The translations under genes and the position numbers were made by a program. This document shows positions 1-8,930 of a DNA stretch of 51,705 bases, one piece after another. The DNA is from Candidatus Aenigmatarchaeota archaeon. Lineage in GTDB: Archaea > Aenigmatarchaeota > Aenigmatarchaeia > QMZP01 > QMZT01. The number at the start of each line of letters is the position of its first letter. The stretch's first letter is position 1. The notes beneath the pieces are model-generated. The model was not told where the DNA came from, did no database searches, and was given only the letters and a program-made list of their open reading frames with translations. The DNA lies in NCBI GenBank assembly GCA_041489155.1, contig JBGPQP010000009.1, positions 1 to 51,705 on the forward strand. Direction: 5' to 3'.

Positions 1-1597
1 AGCAGTGGTCATTTATGGTGCACCACATGTTGTCTGAGCATGGGTTAGTATCGTCATTTTGGTTTACGCAGTGATAGCTCACGCAGGAGTCGTCCGTACA
101 GGGGTTGTTGTCGTTGCACTGGGAGTCTTGTGTGCATTCAGGAACTTGGTATTTGCAGTTTTCATCGCAAAGCCCACTGCTTGGTGTTGTCCCATCGCAT
201 TCCCTGTCAGCGGTGCAACCATAATCCGCCTCACAGATTTGGGTTGACCTGTCAACTGACTGGCATATGTCATTGCACTTGTCAAGTATAAAAGGCTTGC
301 CTGCCGTGCAAGAAGGGGTGCTGTCGCCAGGCAGAGACCCGTGGCACGCCTGTGATGCCTCACAGGCAGAATCGCAAAGTTCCGTTCCCAATCCTCCCGG
401 GTGTGTTGTTTTTTTGCCTTTGCATTTTACTTGGTCTGGATTTTTGTAACTCATGCCATTACTGGCACAAAAGGGATTAGTCTCCTGGTGGCCGCATAAA
501 ACCCCCAATCCCCACTGCTGATGAGCGGCGAAAATACCAGGGGTATCTACTGGTCCTACGCCGATCCATGATGCATATAGTCCTTGCGCTGTAAGATCGT
601 TAAAAACAACATAGGCGGCATGTGATGAGTACAAAGCCCATATAAGGCCCACTATGTCAGGGTCGGATTTTGCAGCATTGTAGTACCATGTCTGCTGGCA
701 GAGGCTTGGTATCTGGCTTATAGACCAATCACCTGAGTACGGGTATTGATTTTCTCTAAAATCCTGTGGTACCAGAATGATTTTTTTAGGCGTGTCGCTG
801 TTAAGTATCGCGTTTAAGTTACTAAGCTGCTCTGGCGTACAACAACCAGGCCAACAAGCGTGCTCTGCTTCTGTCCAGCAGGCATATTGTATTACACGGC
901 CTCCTGATTTGATCCAATAAATACGTGCTTGAAGGCCCCAGTCCATTCGCTGCGTTTGTGGAGTATCGCAAGCATAAGGATCTGGTATGTTAGTTTCCCA
1001 CCAATTAGTCAAAAAATAAGGGTCTATGCCTATCAAATCCAGGTTTGGGTTTTTAACGACATCTGCACCCTCTACCCAAGCCTGGTTGAAGATTATGAAT
1101 GTTTTTATGTCAGGAAGGATTGCCTTGGCCAGGTTTATAGCCCGATTTACTATCTCTACTGACTGCGGGCCATGTGGAAAATTGCCCTCCGGCTCGTCAA
1201 AAAGATAAAGAGCCAATATCCTCGTGGGGGAAATGCCCGCGGCAATAAGCTTATCTCTGAGGCCGTTCAGGTAGACACTCCACTCGGCGTCAGATGCGTA
1301 GAAGTTGGAATGGAAATAATCAGAAAGAGAGATCACAATCTTAAGGCCGGAATTCTCTTCGCTGGTTATAACACTTGCCAGCGTTTCAGGGCTCTCAGTC
1401 GGACTGTACCCGATGTAGTGAAAATTTGTAAAACCAGTGACAATCTCACGTTCGGGACTATTACCCCACGAATAATAACCATAGTATTCGAGATTCTGCG
1501 ATGCCGAGGCCACATTGTTTCCAAACTGGCATAAAACAACCGAAACCATCGCAATTACCAATAAGATAAAGGGTTTCCTAGCCAAAAACTTCTTCAT
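1..1597 (-). CDS. Large secreted protein, runs off the left edge: putative glycoside-hydrolase-like N-terminal domain plus Cys-rich (CTDC-type) repeats
   Basis: Manual translation, missing from the ORF track. Open from ATG 1597 to the edge (>532 codons). Signal-peptide-like MKKFLARKPFILLVIAMVSVVLCQFGNNVASA, then YLFDEP, IDPYF and ILVPQ, then CNDNNPCTDDSC and CSDNMWCTINDHC repeats. Confidence 0.8.
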   Translation of the reverse strand, partial: MKKFLARKPFILLVIAMVSVVLCQFGNNVASASQNLEYYGYYSWGNSPEREIVTGFTNFHYIGYSPTESPETLASVITSEENSGLKIVISLSDYFHSNFYASDAEWSVYLNGLRDKLIAAGISPTRILALYLFDEPEGNFPHGPQSVEIVNRAINLAKAILPDIKTFIIFNQAWVEGADVVKNPNLDLIGIDPYFLTNWWETNIPDPYACDTPQTQRMDWGLQARIYWIKSGGRVIQYACWTEAEHACWPGCCTPEQLSNLNAILNSDTPKKIILVPQDFRENQYPYSGDWSISQIPSLCQQTWYYNAAKSDPDIVGLIWALYSSHAAYVVFNDLTAQGLYASWIGVGPVDTPGIFAAHQQWGLGVLCGHQETNPFCASNGMSYKNPDQVKCKGKKTTHPGGLGTELCDSACEASQACHGSLPGDSTPSCTAGKPFILDKCNDICQSVDRSTQICEADYGCTADRECDGTTPSSGLCDENCKYQVPECTQDSQCNDNNPCTDDSCVSYHCVNQNDDTNPCSDNMWCTINDHC

Positions 1598-1701
1598 ATT
1601 ATGTATATTGAACTTGATTCAATAAAAATTATAAAATACGTTGTTTTGCTGGCGGAGGGGAACTGATTTAATTTTTATAGGATAAGTACAAATTCTCATT
1701 A

Positions 1702-2604
1702 ATGGACGAGAAAGAGATCATAAGGAAAATAAAAGAACTCAAAAGGGAAAAGAACGCCGTCATCCTCTGCCACAACTACCAGAGGCCTGAGATTTACGAT
1801 ATCGCTGACTATATAGGCGACTCGCTCGAGCTCGCTCTCCGCGCTAAGGAGACGAAGGCGGACATCATAGTTTTCTGCGGCGTGGACTTCATGGCGGAAT
1901 CCGCGAAGATTCTGAACCCGGAAAAACGCGTGCTTCATCCTGACACTGAGGCGAAGTGCCCGATGGCAGCTATGACTTCCGCAGAGGAATTGCGGAAGAA
2001 AAAGAAAGAACACGCAAACGCCGGTGTCGTAGCCTACATCAACACGAACGCCGAAACGAAGGCGGAAGCCGACGTGGTCTGCACGTCGGCAAACTTCGAG
2101 AAGGCCATCGCAAGCCTTCCCAACGAGGAGATAATTTTCGTCCCCGACTACAACCTTGCGAAATACGTCCAGACGAAAGTCAAGAAAAAGATAATCCCCT
2201 GGCCCGGCTTCTGCTACGTGCACGATTTCATAGCCGCGGACATTGTCAGGAGCATGAAGAAGGAAAGGCCAAAGGCGAAGGTCATGGTCCATCCGGAAAG
2301 CCCGCTTGCAGTCATAGAGCTGGCCGACTGCGTCTGCGGCACGGGCGGCATGATAAAATACGCCAAAAAGAACAGGGCAAAGGAATTCATAGTCGCGACG
2401 GAAGAGGGCATGTGCAACCGCCTGGAACGCGAAGTTCCAAAAAAGAAATTCTATCCTGCAGGCGGAACGTGCGAGAACATGAAGAGGATAATGCTCGAAA
2501 AGGTTTACGAATGCCTGCGCGACGAGAAGAATGAAGTGCATGTGGACAGCGAGGTCGCAAGGAAGGCGAGGGCTGCGCTCGAGAGGATGCTTGAGCTGAA
2601 ATAA
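1702..2604 (+). CDS. nadA: Quinolinate synthase A
   Basis: HNYQ, GDSLEL, FCGVDFMAE, CPMA, CYVH, HPE and C-ENMK motifs. Confidence 0.95.
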   Translation: MDEKEIIRKIKELKREKNAVILCHNYQRPEIYDIADYIGDSLELALRAKETKADIIVFCGVDFMAESAKILNPEKRVLHPDTEAKCPMAAMTSAEELRKKKKEHANAGVVAYINTNAETKAEADVVCTSANFEKAIASLPNEEIIFVPDYNLAKYVQTKVKKKIIPWPGFCYVHDFIAADIVRSMKKERPKAKVMVHPESPLAVIELADCVCGTGGMIKYAKKNRAKEFIVATEEGMCNRLEREVPKKKFYPAGGTCENMKRIMLEKVYECLRDEKNEVHVDSEVARKARAALERMLELK

Positions 2605-2642
2605 ATAAGAAAGGATTTTAAATTTATTCTCCAATTAAAGGC

Positions 2643-2849
2643 ATGGCGGAAAAAGACGTCAGCGAGCTTCTTAGGAAATTACAGGACGCCACAACACACA
2701 AGGAGCTGCGACAACTGGGTGCAGAGTTTGCCGCTCCTTATGGGGATTTGCTGGTATACAAGCATCCGGCTTTGGGGGACAAGCGCATCTTTTTCAAAAA
2801 ACAAAATATAGAGGGAGAACTGACGCTGATATACGACGCTATACAATGA
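2643..2849 (+). CDS. Hypothetical protein (68 aa)
   Basis: ORF fills the nadA-nadB gap and has an AT-rich TTTAAA box upstream; no recognisable motif. Confidence 0.5.
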   Translation: MAEKDVSELLRKLQDATTHKELRQLGAEFAAPYGDLLVYKHPALGDKRIFFKKQNIEGELTLIYDAIQ

Positions 2850-2919
2850 AGTTGAGGCGTTCTTATATAATGGAACGGCGCTGAAATTTTTTAAGCTCAG
2901 ATGCGAAATATTTAACTTC

Positions 2920-4440
2920 ATGATAAAATCTGATTTTGTGGTTGTGGGATCGGGCATCGCGGGCCTGAACTTCGCGCTCCAAATGGCAGAATACGGGAGC
3001 GTGAGCCTGATAACCAAGAAGGACATGATAGAATCGAACACGAATTTCGCACAGGGCGGCATCGCCGCGGTCTTCTCGAAGCTCGACAGTTTCGAGCTGC
3101 ACATACAGGACACGCTGAAAGCTGGCGATGGCCTCTGCGACAGGGAAGCGGTCGAGATAATGGTGAAGAACGCGCCTGAAGAAATCGAGAGGCTTATGTC
3201 TGCAGGCGCGGCCTTCGACAGGGAAGGCGCCTCACTCGAACTGGGAAGGGAAGGCGGCCATTCCAGGAAGCGCATCGTCCACCGCGGCGACCTGACCGGG
3301 ACGGAAATAGAAAAGACCATGATAGAAAAGGTTAAGCGCAACAAAAACATCCGCATATGCGAGAAGCACCTCGCCATCGACCTCATAATGAAGGACGGCG
3401 TATGCATAGGAGTGAGGGCGTTCGACAAGAGCGAACGGAGGGTGACCGACTTCTTTGCGAAGGCCGTCGCGCTTGCGACCGGCGGGCTCTGCGATATCTA
3501 TGAGAACACATCGAACCCGGAAATCGCGACAGGCGACGGAGTAGCGATGGGCTTCCGCGCGGGCTGCGAGGTCGAGGACATCGAGTTCGTCCAGTTCCAC
3601 CCGACGGCGCTACGACGCAAGGGAATGCCGTTCTTCCTGATTTCGGAAATGGTGAGGGGCGAGGGAGGTAAGCTCAAGAATTCTAAAGGCAAGCGCTTCG
3701 TCGAGGAGCTCACGTTCCGCGACGTAGTGGCGAGGGCGATTTGCAACGAGCTGAAAAACGGGAAGGTTTACCTCGACATCACGCACAGGGACCGCGGCTT
3801 CCTGGAGAAAAGGTTCCCGACCATCTACAAAACATGCATGGAGAACGGGATCGACATCTCGAAGGACAAGATTCCCGTCGAGCCGGTCGCCCATTATTCG
3901 TGCGGCGGGCTCAAGACGGATACGGAGGGCAAGACGAATGTCCCCGGCCTTTTCGCTTTCGGGGAGATCGCGTGCACGGGCGTCCACGGCGCCAACAGGC
4001 TCGCCTCCAATTCGCTGCTTGAATCGCTCGTCTTCTCTTCGAGGGCGGTGAACGCGATGAGAGCGTATGCAGTCGGAAAGGAGATAGACTTCACCAACAC
4101 GCCGCAGCTGAAGCTCTCGAAAGCGAGGCCTCTTGAAATAAAGACCTCGCTGAAAGGCATGATGTGGAAGGATGCGGGCATAATAAGGAACGGGGAGGAC
4201 CTGCAGACGGCGCTCAAGAAAATAAACGCGCTCATGCAAGACCTGAAAGCAGCCGCTGCAAACGGGATAAGCGAGGACGTGATAGAAACAGGCAACATGC
4301 TGCTCGTCTCGAAGCTGATAGTGCGCGCAGCGCTCGAGCGCGAGGAATCGAGGGGCTGCCACTACAGGGAAGACTGTCCCGAGAAGCGGAAGGATTGGGA
4401 GAGGCACATAGTCCTCAGGAACGAGAAGCCGGGCATTTGA
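2920..4440 (+). CDS. nadB: L-aspartate oxidase
   Basis: GSGIAGL, AQGGIA, REGGHS, QFHPT, LISEMVRGEG, HYSCGG, GVHGANRLASNSLLE, ESRGCHYR. Confidence 0.95.
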   Translation: MIKSDFVVVGSGIAGLNFALQMAEYGSVSLITKKDMIESNTNFAQGGIAAVFSKLDSFELHIQDTLKAGDGLCDREAVEIMVKNAPEEIERLMSAGAAFDREGASLELGREGGHSRKRIVHRGDLTGTEIEKTMIEKVKRNKNIRICEKHLAIDLIMKDGVCIGVRAFDKSERRVTDFFAKAVALATGGLCDIYENTSNPEIATGDGVAMGFRAGCEVEDIEFVQFHPTALRRKGMPFFLISEMVRGEGGKLKNSKGKRFVEELTFRDVVARAICNELKNGKVYLDITHRDRGFLEKRFPTIYKTCMENGIDISKDKIPVEPVAHYSCGGLKTDTEGKTNVPGLFAFGEIACTGVHGANRLASNSLLESLVFSSRAVNAMRAYAVGKEIDFTNTPQLKLSKARPLEIKTSLKGMMWKDAGIIRNGEDLQTALKKINALMQDLKAAAANGISEDVIETGNMLLVSKLIVRAALEREESRGCHYREDCPEKRKDWERHIVLRNEKPGI

Positions 4441-4497
4441 CATTTGCCAAACATTTAAATATAGTGCGCCAGTATATGCTTATATCATGGTGTTCTC

Positions 4498-4677
4498 ATG
4501 GCAAAACAGAAATTTCCGGAGGCCGAGGCGAGGCTTTTCGCGCGCGTCTACATCTGCATGCACTGCGGCGCGAGGATAAAGGCCGACGCGATGAAGGTCA
4601 AGGCCGGGAAGATAAAATGCAGGAAGTGCAGGAGAAGGGAACTGAGACCCATCAAGAGAGAGCGCAAGACTGTCTAG
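4498..4677 (+). CDS. rpl40e: 50S ribosomal protein L40e
   Basis: Manual translation (59 aa, below the ORF-track cutoff): MAKQKFPEAEARLFARVYICMHCGARIK...KCRKCRRRELRPIKRERK. FPEAEAR plus CxxC...CRKC zinc knuckle. Confidence 0.88.
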   Translation: MAKQKFPEAEARLFARVYICMHCGARIKADAMKVKAGKIKCRKCRRRELRPIKRERKTV

Positions 4678-4725
4678 AGCGATTTTTTCCAAGATTTTTA
4701 TAACTCGCGCGCCAAAGGTTATATT

Positions 4726-5622
4726 ATGCTTACCGAATTGTTCGGGATGACCAGACCTTTCAACGGCCTAATGGCGGTCATGGGCGTTTTGATCGGCGGC
4801 CTCGTCGCAGTCGGGCTGCCGGGGCTTTACACCATGCAGTTTCTTTTCGCCGTCGCAGCCGCGTTTCTTATCAACGGCGCCGGCAACGTGATAAACGATT
4901 ATTTCGACGTCGAGGCTGACGAGGTCAACAGACCCGAGAGGCCGATACCCGCGGGCGTGGTCTCGATGAGGGCGTCGCTTGCTTTCTCCATCGTCCTTTT
5001 CATGGCCGGGAATTTATTGGCGCTCACGGTAAACGGCCTGTGCTTCACCATCGCCGTCGCTAACACCATACTGCTGATATTGTATTCCTACTCGCTGCAG
5101 CACAAGATCCTGATAGGGAACATAGTGATAGGCTACCTGGTCGGGTCCGTCTTCCTTTTCGGAGGCGCTGTCTTCCTCCAGATAAGGCTGGTCCTCATCC
5201 TCGCCGCGCTAGCGATGCTGGCGAACATAACGAGAGAAATCGTGAAGGACCTTGAAGACGTCGAAGGCGACAAGAAGCACTTCCTGAAGAAGATAACCAT
5301 CAAGGCGACGAAGCTCATAGCGGAGAGGTTCGGCGTCTCGAGCGAGGGAGTCGTTATGAAGTACAGGGAAAGGACGATGATAATACTCGCGATTGCAATG
5401 CTGATGCTGGCCATCGTTATGTCGTGGCTGCCTTATTATTACAGCATCATGAAGCTGAGCTATTTCCTGGTGATCATCCCTGCCGACATCGTATTCGTAT
5501 CGTGCATCTACTCCCTCAGCAGGGAGGAGAAGCGCAGGAAAGGCTACAGGCGCATAAGCAGCCGCCTGAAGAAGGGAATGCTCATCGCCCTGCTCGCGTT
5601 CATAGCAGGCGCGCTTGTGTAA
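4726..5622 (+). CDS. UbiA-family prenyltransferase, probable digeranylgeranylglyceryl phosphate synthase
   Basis: TRPFN, GNVINDYFDVEADEVNRPERPIPAG, REIVKDLEDVEGD; multiple TM helices. Confidence 0.85.
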   Translation: MLTELFGMTRPFNGLMAVMGVLIGGLVAVGLPGLYTMQFLFAVAAAFLINGAGNVINDYFDVEADEVNRPERPIPAGVVSMRASLAFSIVLFMAGNLLALTVNGLCFTIAVANTILLILYSYSLQHKILIGNIVIGYLVGSVFLFGGAVFLQIRLVLILAALAMLANITREIVKDLEDVEGDKKHFLKKITIKATKLIAERFGVSSEGVVMKYRERTMIILAIAMLMLAIVMSWLPYYYSIMKLSYFLVIIPADIVFVSCIYSLSREEKRRKGYRRISSRLKKGMLIALLAFIAGALV

Positions 5623-5654
5623 GCGCAAGAAATACAGAAACTGCCGCGGGTTAT

Positions 5655-6626
5655 CTAAACAGCTTCTATCGTCGATGGCGGCTTTCTGGTTATGTTGTAA
5701 GTAACGCTCACGACCTCTGGCATTTCGCTGGTTATCCTGTCCGCGAGCGACGTAAGGGTCTCGTGCGGGATTTTCGTGGGCGAGCCTGTTACCGCGTCTT
5801 TGCTGTCCCAGCACCTCACCTCTATCTGGAAGCCGTAGTCTCTTTTGCCTTCCCGCATGCCCGTCACCTTGTCGGCATGCAGTATCGCAAGGCACTGGAA
5901 GCCGGCCATGCGCGACAGCTCGTCCTCAACTATTTGTGTCGCCTTCCTGACTATTGCGACTTTTTCGGGCGTAACCTCTCCTATCACCCTCGCCGCAAGC
6001 GCCGGGCCGGGGAACGGCGGGCGCGCGTATATCTCCTTCGGGAGGCCGAGCGCTTTCGCGACCTCCCTTACCGCAGGCTTCCTGAGCTCGACCAGCGGCT
6101 CGACAACTTTGTAGCCGTAGGTTTTTTCCGGGTCGATGTCCAGCTGAACCAGAATGTTGTGCTGCCTCTTGACGCCGGCGACAGTCTCCTCCACGTCCGT
6201 GTAAATCGTGCCGTGGAGCAGGTGCTTCGCCCCGCTTTCCCTGACCAGCTTTCCGAAAACGTCCCTGTAGAACGTCTGCGTGATGGCCTCCCTCTTTTCT
6301 TCGGGGTCCGTAAGGCCCTTAAGCGCAGCGAAAAACTGCTTCCTGGCGTCAAGTATCTTCACCTCGACGCCCAGCTTCCTAAAGAATGATACGACCCTTT
6401 CCGCTTCGCCTTCCCTCATAAGGCCGTTCTCTATGAAATATGTTTTGAGCCTGTCTCCAAGCGCCCTGTGCGCAAGTATCGTCACGGTCGAGGAATCGAC
6501 CCCTCCGGACAGCGCGTTTACCGCAAAGCCTTTTCCCACAACCGAGGAAATCTCGTTCGTTTTTTGTTTTATGAATTCCCCTGCGTCCAGCTTCTCCAGC
6601 CTTATCTCGCTGACTTCAGAATTCAT
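5655..6626 (-). CDS. guaAB: GMP synthase, ATP-pyrophosphatase subunit B
   Basis: ALSGGVDSS PP-loop, DPEEKR, GTIYTD, RPPFPGPALAAR, YNITRKPPSTIE; start placed at MNSEVSE. Confidence 0.9.
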   Translation of the reverse strand: MNSEVSEIRLEKLDAGEFIKQKTNEISSVVGKGFAVNALSGGVDSSTVTILAHRALGDRLKTYFIENGLMREGEAERVVSFFRKLGVEVKILDARKQFFAALKGLTDPEEKREAITQTFYRDVFGKLVRESGAKHLLHGTIYTDVEETVAGVKRQHNILVQLDIDPEKTYGYKVVEPLVELRKPAVREVAKALGLPKEIYARPPFPGPALAARVIGEVTPEKVAIVRKATQIVEDELSRMAGFQCLAILHADKVTGMREGKRDYGFQIEVRCWDSKDAVTGSPTKIPHETLTSLADRITSEMPEVVSVTYNITRKPPSTIEAV

Positions 6627-6714
6627 TTGCTTAATAAAGGCGTCCCGGCTATTTAAATTTTCGGCGGCAGCGAAGCTGCATAATTTTTTAAGAGAGCGGC
6701 ACAATATGATTAGT

Positions 6715-7011
6715 ATGGAAAGCAAATACCGCTTCGTGACCAACAGGGTAGTTAAGAATTCGAAGGACGAGGAGAAGGGCAAGATGCGCGTCATGGTCCC
6801 GAAGGGGACGGATACCGCGCACGTCGATTACGTCTGCCCTGAATGCGGTTTCTCGAAACATGACGAAGTGCCATGGGCAAGGCCATTCGCTGTCAAATGC
6901 TCCAAGTGCGGTTTCATGCTGAAGCTCCCCAAGCTGAAGGATGAGATAAAGAAGGACAAGAAGAAGGCGAAGGCGGAACTGGAAGCAAAGGCGCAGGCCG
7001 GGACGCAGTGA
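6715..7011 (+). CDS. Small zinc-ribbon protein
   Basis: CPECG...CSKCG and a Lys-rich tail; start ATG 6715 (or 6706) after an AT-rich promoter-like region. Confidence 0.7.
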   Translation: MESKYRFVTNRVVKNSKDEEKGKMRVMVPKGTDTAHVDYVCPECGFSKHDEVPWARPFAVKCSKCGFMLKLPKLKDEIKKDKKKAKAELEAKAQAGTQ

Positions 7012-7047
7012 TGCCTTTAATTTCCATTCATCCTTGTATGCTCGTTT

Positions 7048-7818
7048 TCATGCCGCTGCCATGAGCAAGACTGCGGCTCCCATTATCCAGCAGTAAACTG
7101 CGAACCAGCGGAAGCGCTGCTGCCTTATGACATCGAGCAAAAATTTTATCGCGAATATCCCCACAATCGCTGCCGCGGCAACGCCGACGAAAACATTCAG
7201 CACGTCGGCTGACGCCAGCTCGATGCCGTTGAAATCAAAAAGCGCTGCGCCCATTATCGCCGGCACCGAGAGGAGGAAGGAGAAGCGCGCTGCCTTTTCC
7301 TTGTCAACCCCTGCCAGCAGACCGGCGCCGATTGTCGCGCCGCTACGCGAGATGCCCGGGGCGATGGCGATGCCCTGTGCAGTTCCTATGAGCAGCGCTT
7401 CCTTCAAACCGACGCTTTTTTTGCGCGGCCAGCGCTCGCATACGAAAAGGAAGCAGCCCGTTATCAGAAAGCCGATGCCTATCGCCGTCATGTTGTAGAA
7501 AAAGGCCTCGAAAATATTCTTGAAGGCAAAGCCTATCGCGGCCGTCGGCAGCAGGGCGGCGATTATCAACAGGGCCAGTCTGCCGTTTTCGCTCCTAATG
7601 TCCATGCGCGCAAGCGCCTTGAATATCGCAAGGATGTCCCTGCGGAAAACCGCGACGACAGCGAGCACCGTTCCCATGTGCAGCATTATGTCCACGAGCA
7701 CGGGAACATCCAGGCCGAAAAGGTGCTGCACGACAGCGAGATGGCCTGAACTCGACACAGGCAGCCATTCGGTTATGCCCTGCAGCACGCCCAGCAGCAC
7801 TGCCTGAAAAATATCCAT
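7048..7818 (-). CDS. uppP: Undecaprenyl/polyprenyl-diphosphate phosphatase (BacA family)
   Basis: QGITEWLPVSSSGHL, PGISRSGAT, AARFSFLLS. Confidence 0.93.
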   Translation of the reverse strand: MDIFQAVLLGVLQGITEWLPVSSSGHLAVVQHLFGLDVPVLVDIMLHMGTVLAVVAVFRRDILAIFKALARMDIRSENGRLALLIIAALLPTAAIGFAFKNIFEAFFYNMTAIGIGFLITGCFLFVCERWPRKKSVGLKEALLIGTAQGIAIAPGISRSGATIGAGLLAGVDKEKAARFSFLLSVPAIMGAALFDFNGIELASADVLNVFVGVAAAAIVGIFAIKFLLDVIRQQRFRWFAVYCWIMGAAVLLMAAA

Positions 7819-7908
7819 GAAATCTAATTGAAGGCCGTTGATAAAAGTCTTTTTGGAAGAAGGGCCCCTCGAAACACTTTTAAAACCTAATTCCAATCTT
7901 TAATCATC

Positions 7909-8112
7909 ATGATAGACAAAAAACTCCTTGACATAATGGCGTGCCCCAAGTGCAAGGGCGACATACATGAGAAGGGCATGTTTATTCTATGCAGGCAGTG
8001 CGAGCTGGCCTTCCCCATCCTCGAGGAAAGCATACCGAACATGATAATCGAAGAGGCCTGGCCGCTCAAGAAGGCGGAAGGCAGCGATTTCAAGCACGAG
8101 ATGAAGCTCTGA
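7909..8112 (+). CDS. Trm112-family methyltransferase activator
   Basis: LLDIMACPKCKG...CRQC...FPI...IPNM. Confidence 0.85.
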   Translation: MIDKKLLDIMACPKCKGDIHEKGMFILCRQCELAFPILEESIPNMIIEEAWPLKKAEGSDFKHEMKL

Positions 8113-8205
8113 TTTCTTGTAAGATTCGAAAACAGATATTTAAACAGATATGATATTAATTAGAATTACGCCGGGATGGCGGAGCGGCAACGCGCCGGAC
8201 TTGAG

Positions 8206-8332
8206 CACTGGATCTTACGAGTCGCTTCGTATGACGCATACTTCGTATGCGTCTTTCGCTGACGACGATGACTTAATGGCTTGACTCTGATCGGCGGAGT
8301 ATGAGGAGCAACCCCAGTAATCCTTTCAGGAG
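8206..8332 (+). other. tRNA-Ser intron 1 (canonical position), C/D-box-like content
   Basis: C32-G35 (CTTG) pairs with CAGG, followed by the bulge AGA. Perfect internal hairpin GACGCATAC/GTATGCGTC. CTGA at 8259 and 8287; ACGATGA at 8265. Confidence 0.8.
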
Positions 8333-8348
8333 ATCCGGTGGGCGAAAA

Positions 8349-8389
8349 GGCAGTCTGAGGCGCATGCGGTGCGCTTCTCTCGCTTCGTA
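8349..8389 (+). other. Probable tRNA-Ser intron 2 (variable arm)
   Basis: CGAA/TTCG central helix flanked by bulges AAG and TAA; inner hairpin GAGGCGCAT/GTGCGCTTC. Confidence 0.6.
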
Positions 8390-8445
8390 AGCCCACACAG
8401 GTTCGAATCCTGTTCCCGGCGCCTTTTTATTTAATAAAGTATTTT

Positions 8446-8928
8446 ATGACTGAAATCAAAATTAATTTGAATAATATGACAACTGGCAAGACAGACCATG
8501 CGATGCTGATAACGTTCGTGGTCGGTGTCGTGGGCATAATATATTTTCTCACTTCGATTTTTCTCCTGGGCTCTGACCCGATGCTTACAGGCGTGCCGCC
8601 TTCCTACCTTTCGTGGATGATAATGGAAAGGCTGATCCTGATCGGGATAGTTATAATAATACTAATCCTGATAACGTACATCCTGATGAGACAGAAAAAC
8701 TTCGAAGAGCTGCACGAGAAAGAGCACCCGAAGGCGAAACCGTGGAGAAGCGAAAAGGGGATGATGGAAGACATAAAGAGGTACTACAGGGACATGGGAG
8801 CCCTGAAAATAGTCCTGAAAGACGGCGTGATAGACGCGGAGACATACAACCAGAGGAAGCGATATCTTCAGGGCATGGTGGAGGAAAGGAAAAAGCAGCT
8901 CGAGAAGCTTAAGAAAGGCGAGAATTAA
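8446..8928 (+). CDS. Membrane protein, 2 TM helices plus a SHOCT-like C-terminus
   Basis: Two hydrophobic segments; LKDGVIDAETYNQRKRYL; start may be 8476. Confidence 0.65.
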   Translation: MTEIKINLNNMTTGKTDHAMLITFVVGVVGIIYFLTSIFLLGSDPMLTGVPPSYLSWMIMERLILIGIVIIILILITYILMRQKNFEELHEKEHPKAKPWRSEKGMMEDIKRYYRDMGALKIVLKDGVIDAETYNQRKRYLQGMVEERKKQLEKLKKGEN

Positions 8929-8930
8929 AA

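Larger units (their letters stand above)
8170..8421 (+). tRNA. tRNA-Ser(UGA) with a 127-nt intron at 37/38 and a probable second 41-nt intron in the variable arm
   Basis: Acceptor stem GCCGGGA/TCCCGGC with G discriminator; anticodon arm CCGGA-CT-TGA-G^A-TCCGG; T-loop TTCGAAT; variable stem TGGGC/GCCCA. Removing both inserts leaves 84 nt. Confidence 0.88.

Noticed and set aside
1699..4443. Long antisense and alternate-frame ORFs (1699-2634, 2679-3428, 3610-4443; likewise 5424-6389, 19631-20437, 45445-46554 and others)
   Set aside because: Shadows of well-supported genes caused by GC-rich third positions; no motifs.
5270..5380. Extra segment after EGD in the UbiA protein as a hidden in-frame intron
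   Set aside because: No hairpin or BHB is visible and codon usage is host-like; more likely a protein-level insertion.
8170..8421. Selenocysteine or opal-suppressor tRNA
   Set aside because: The anticodon is TGA (reads UCA, Ser); tRNA-Sec would have TCA.
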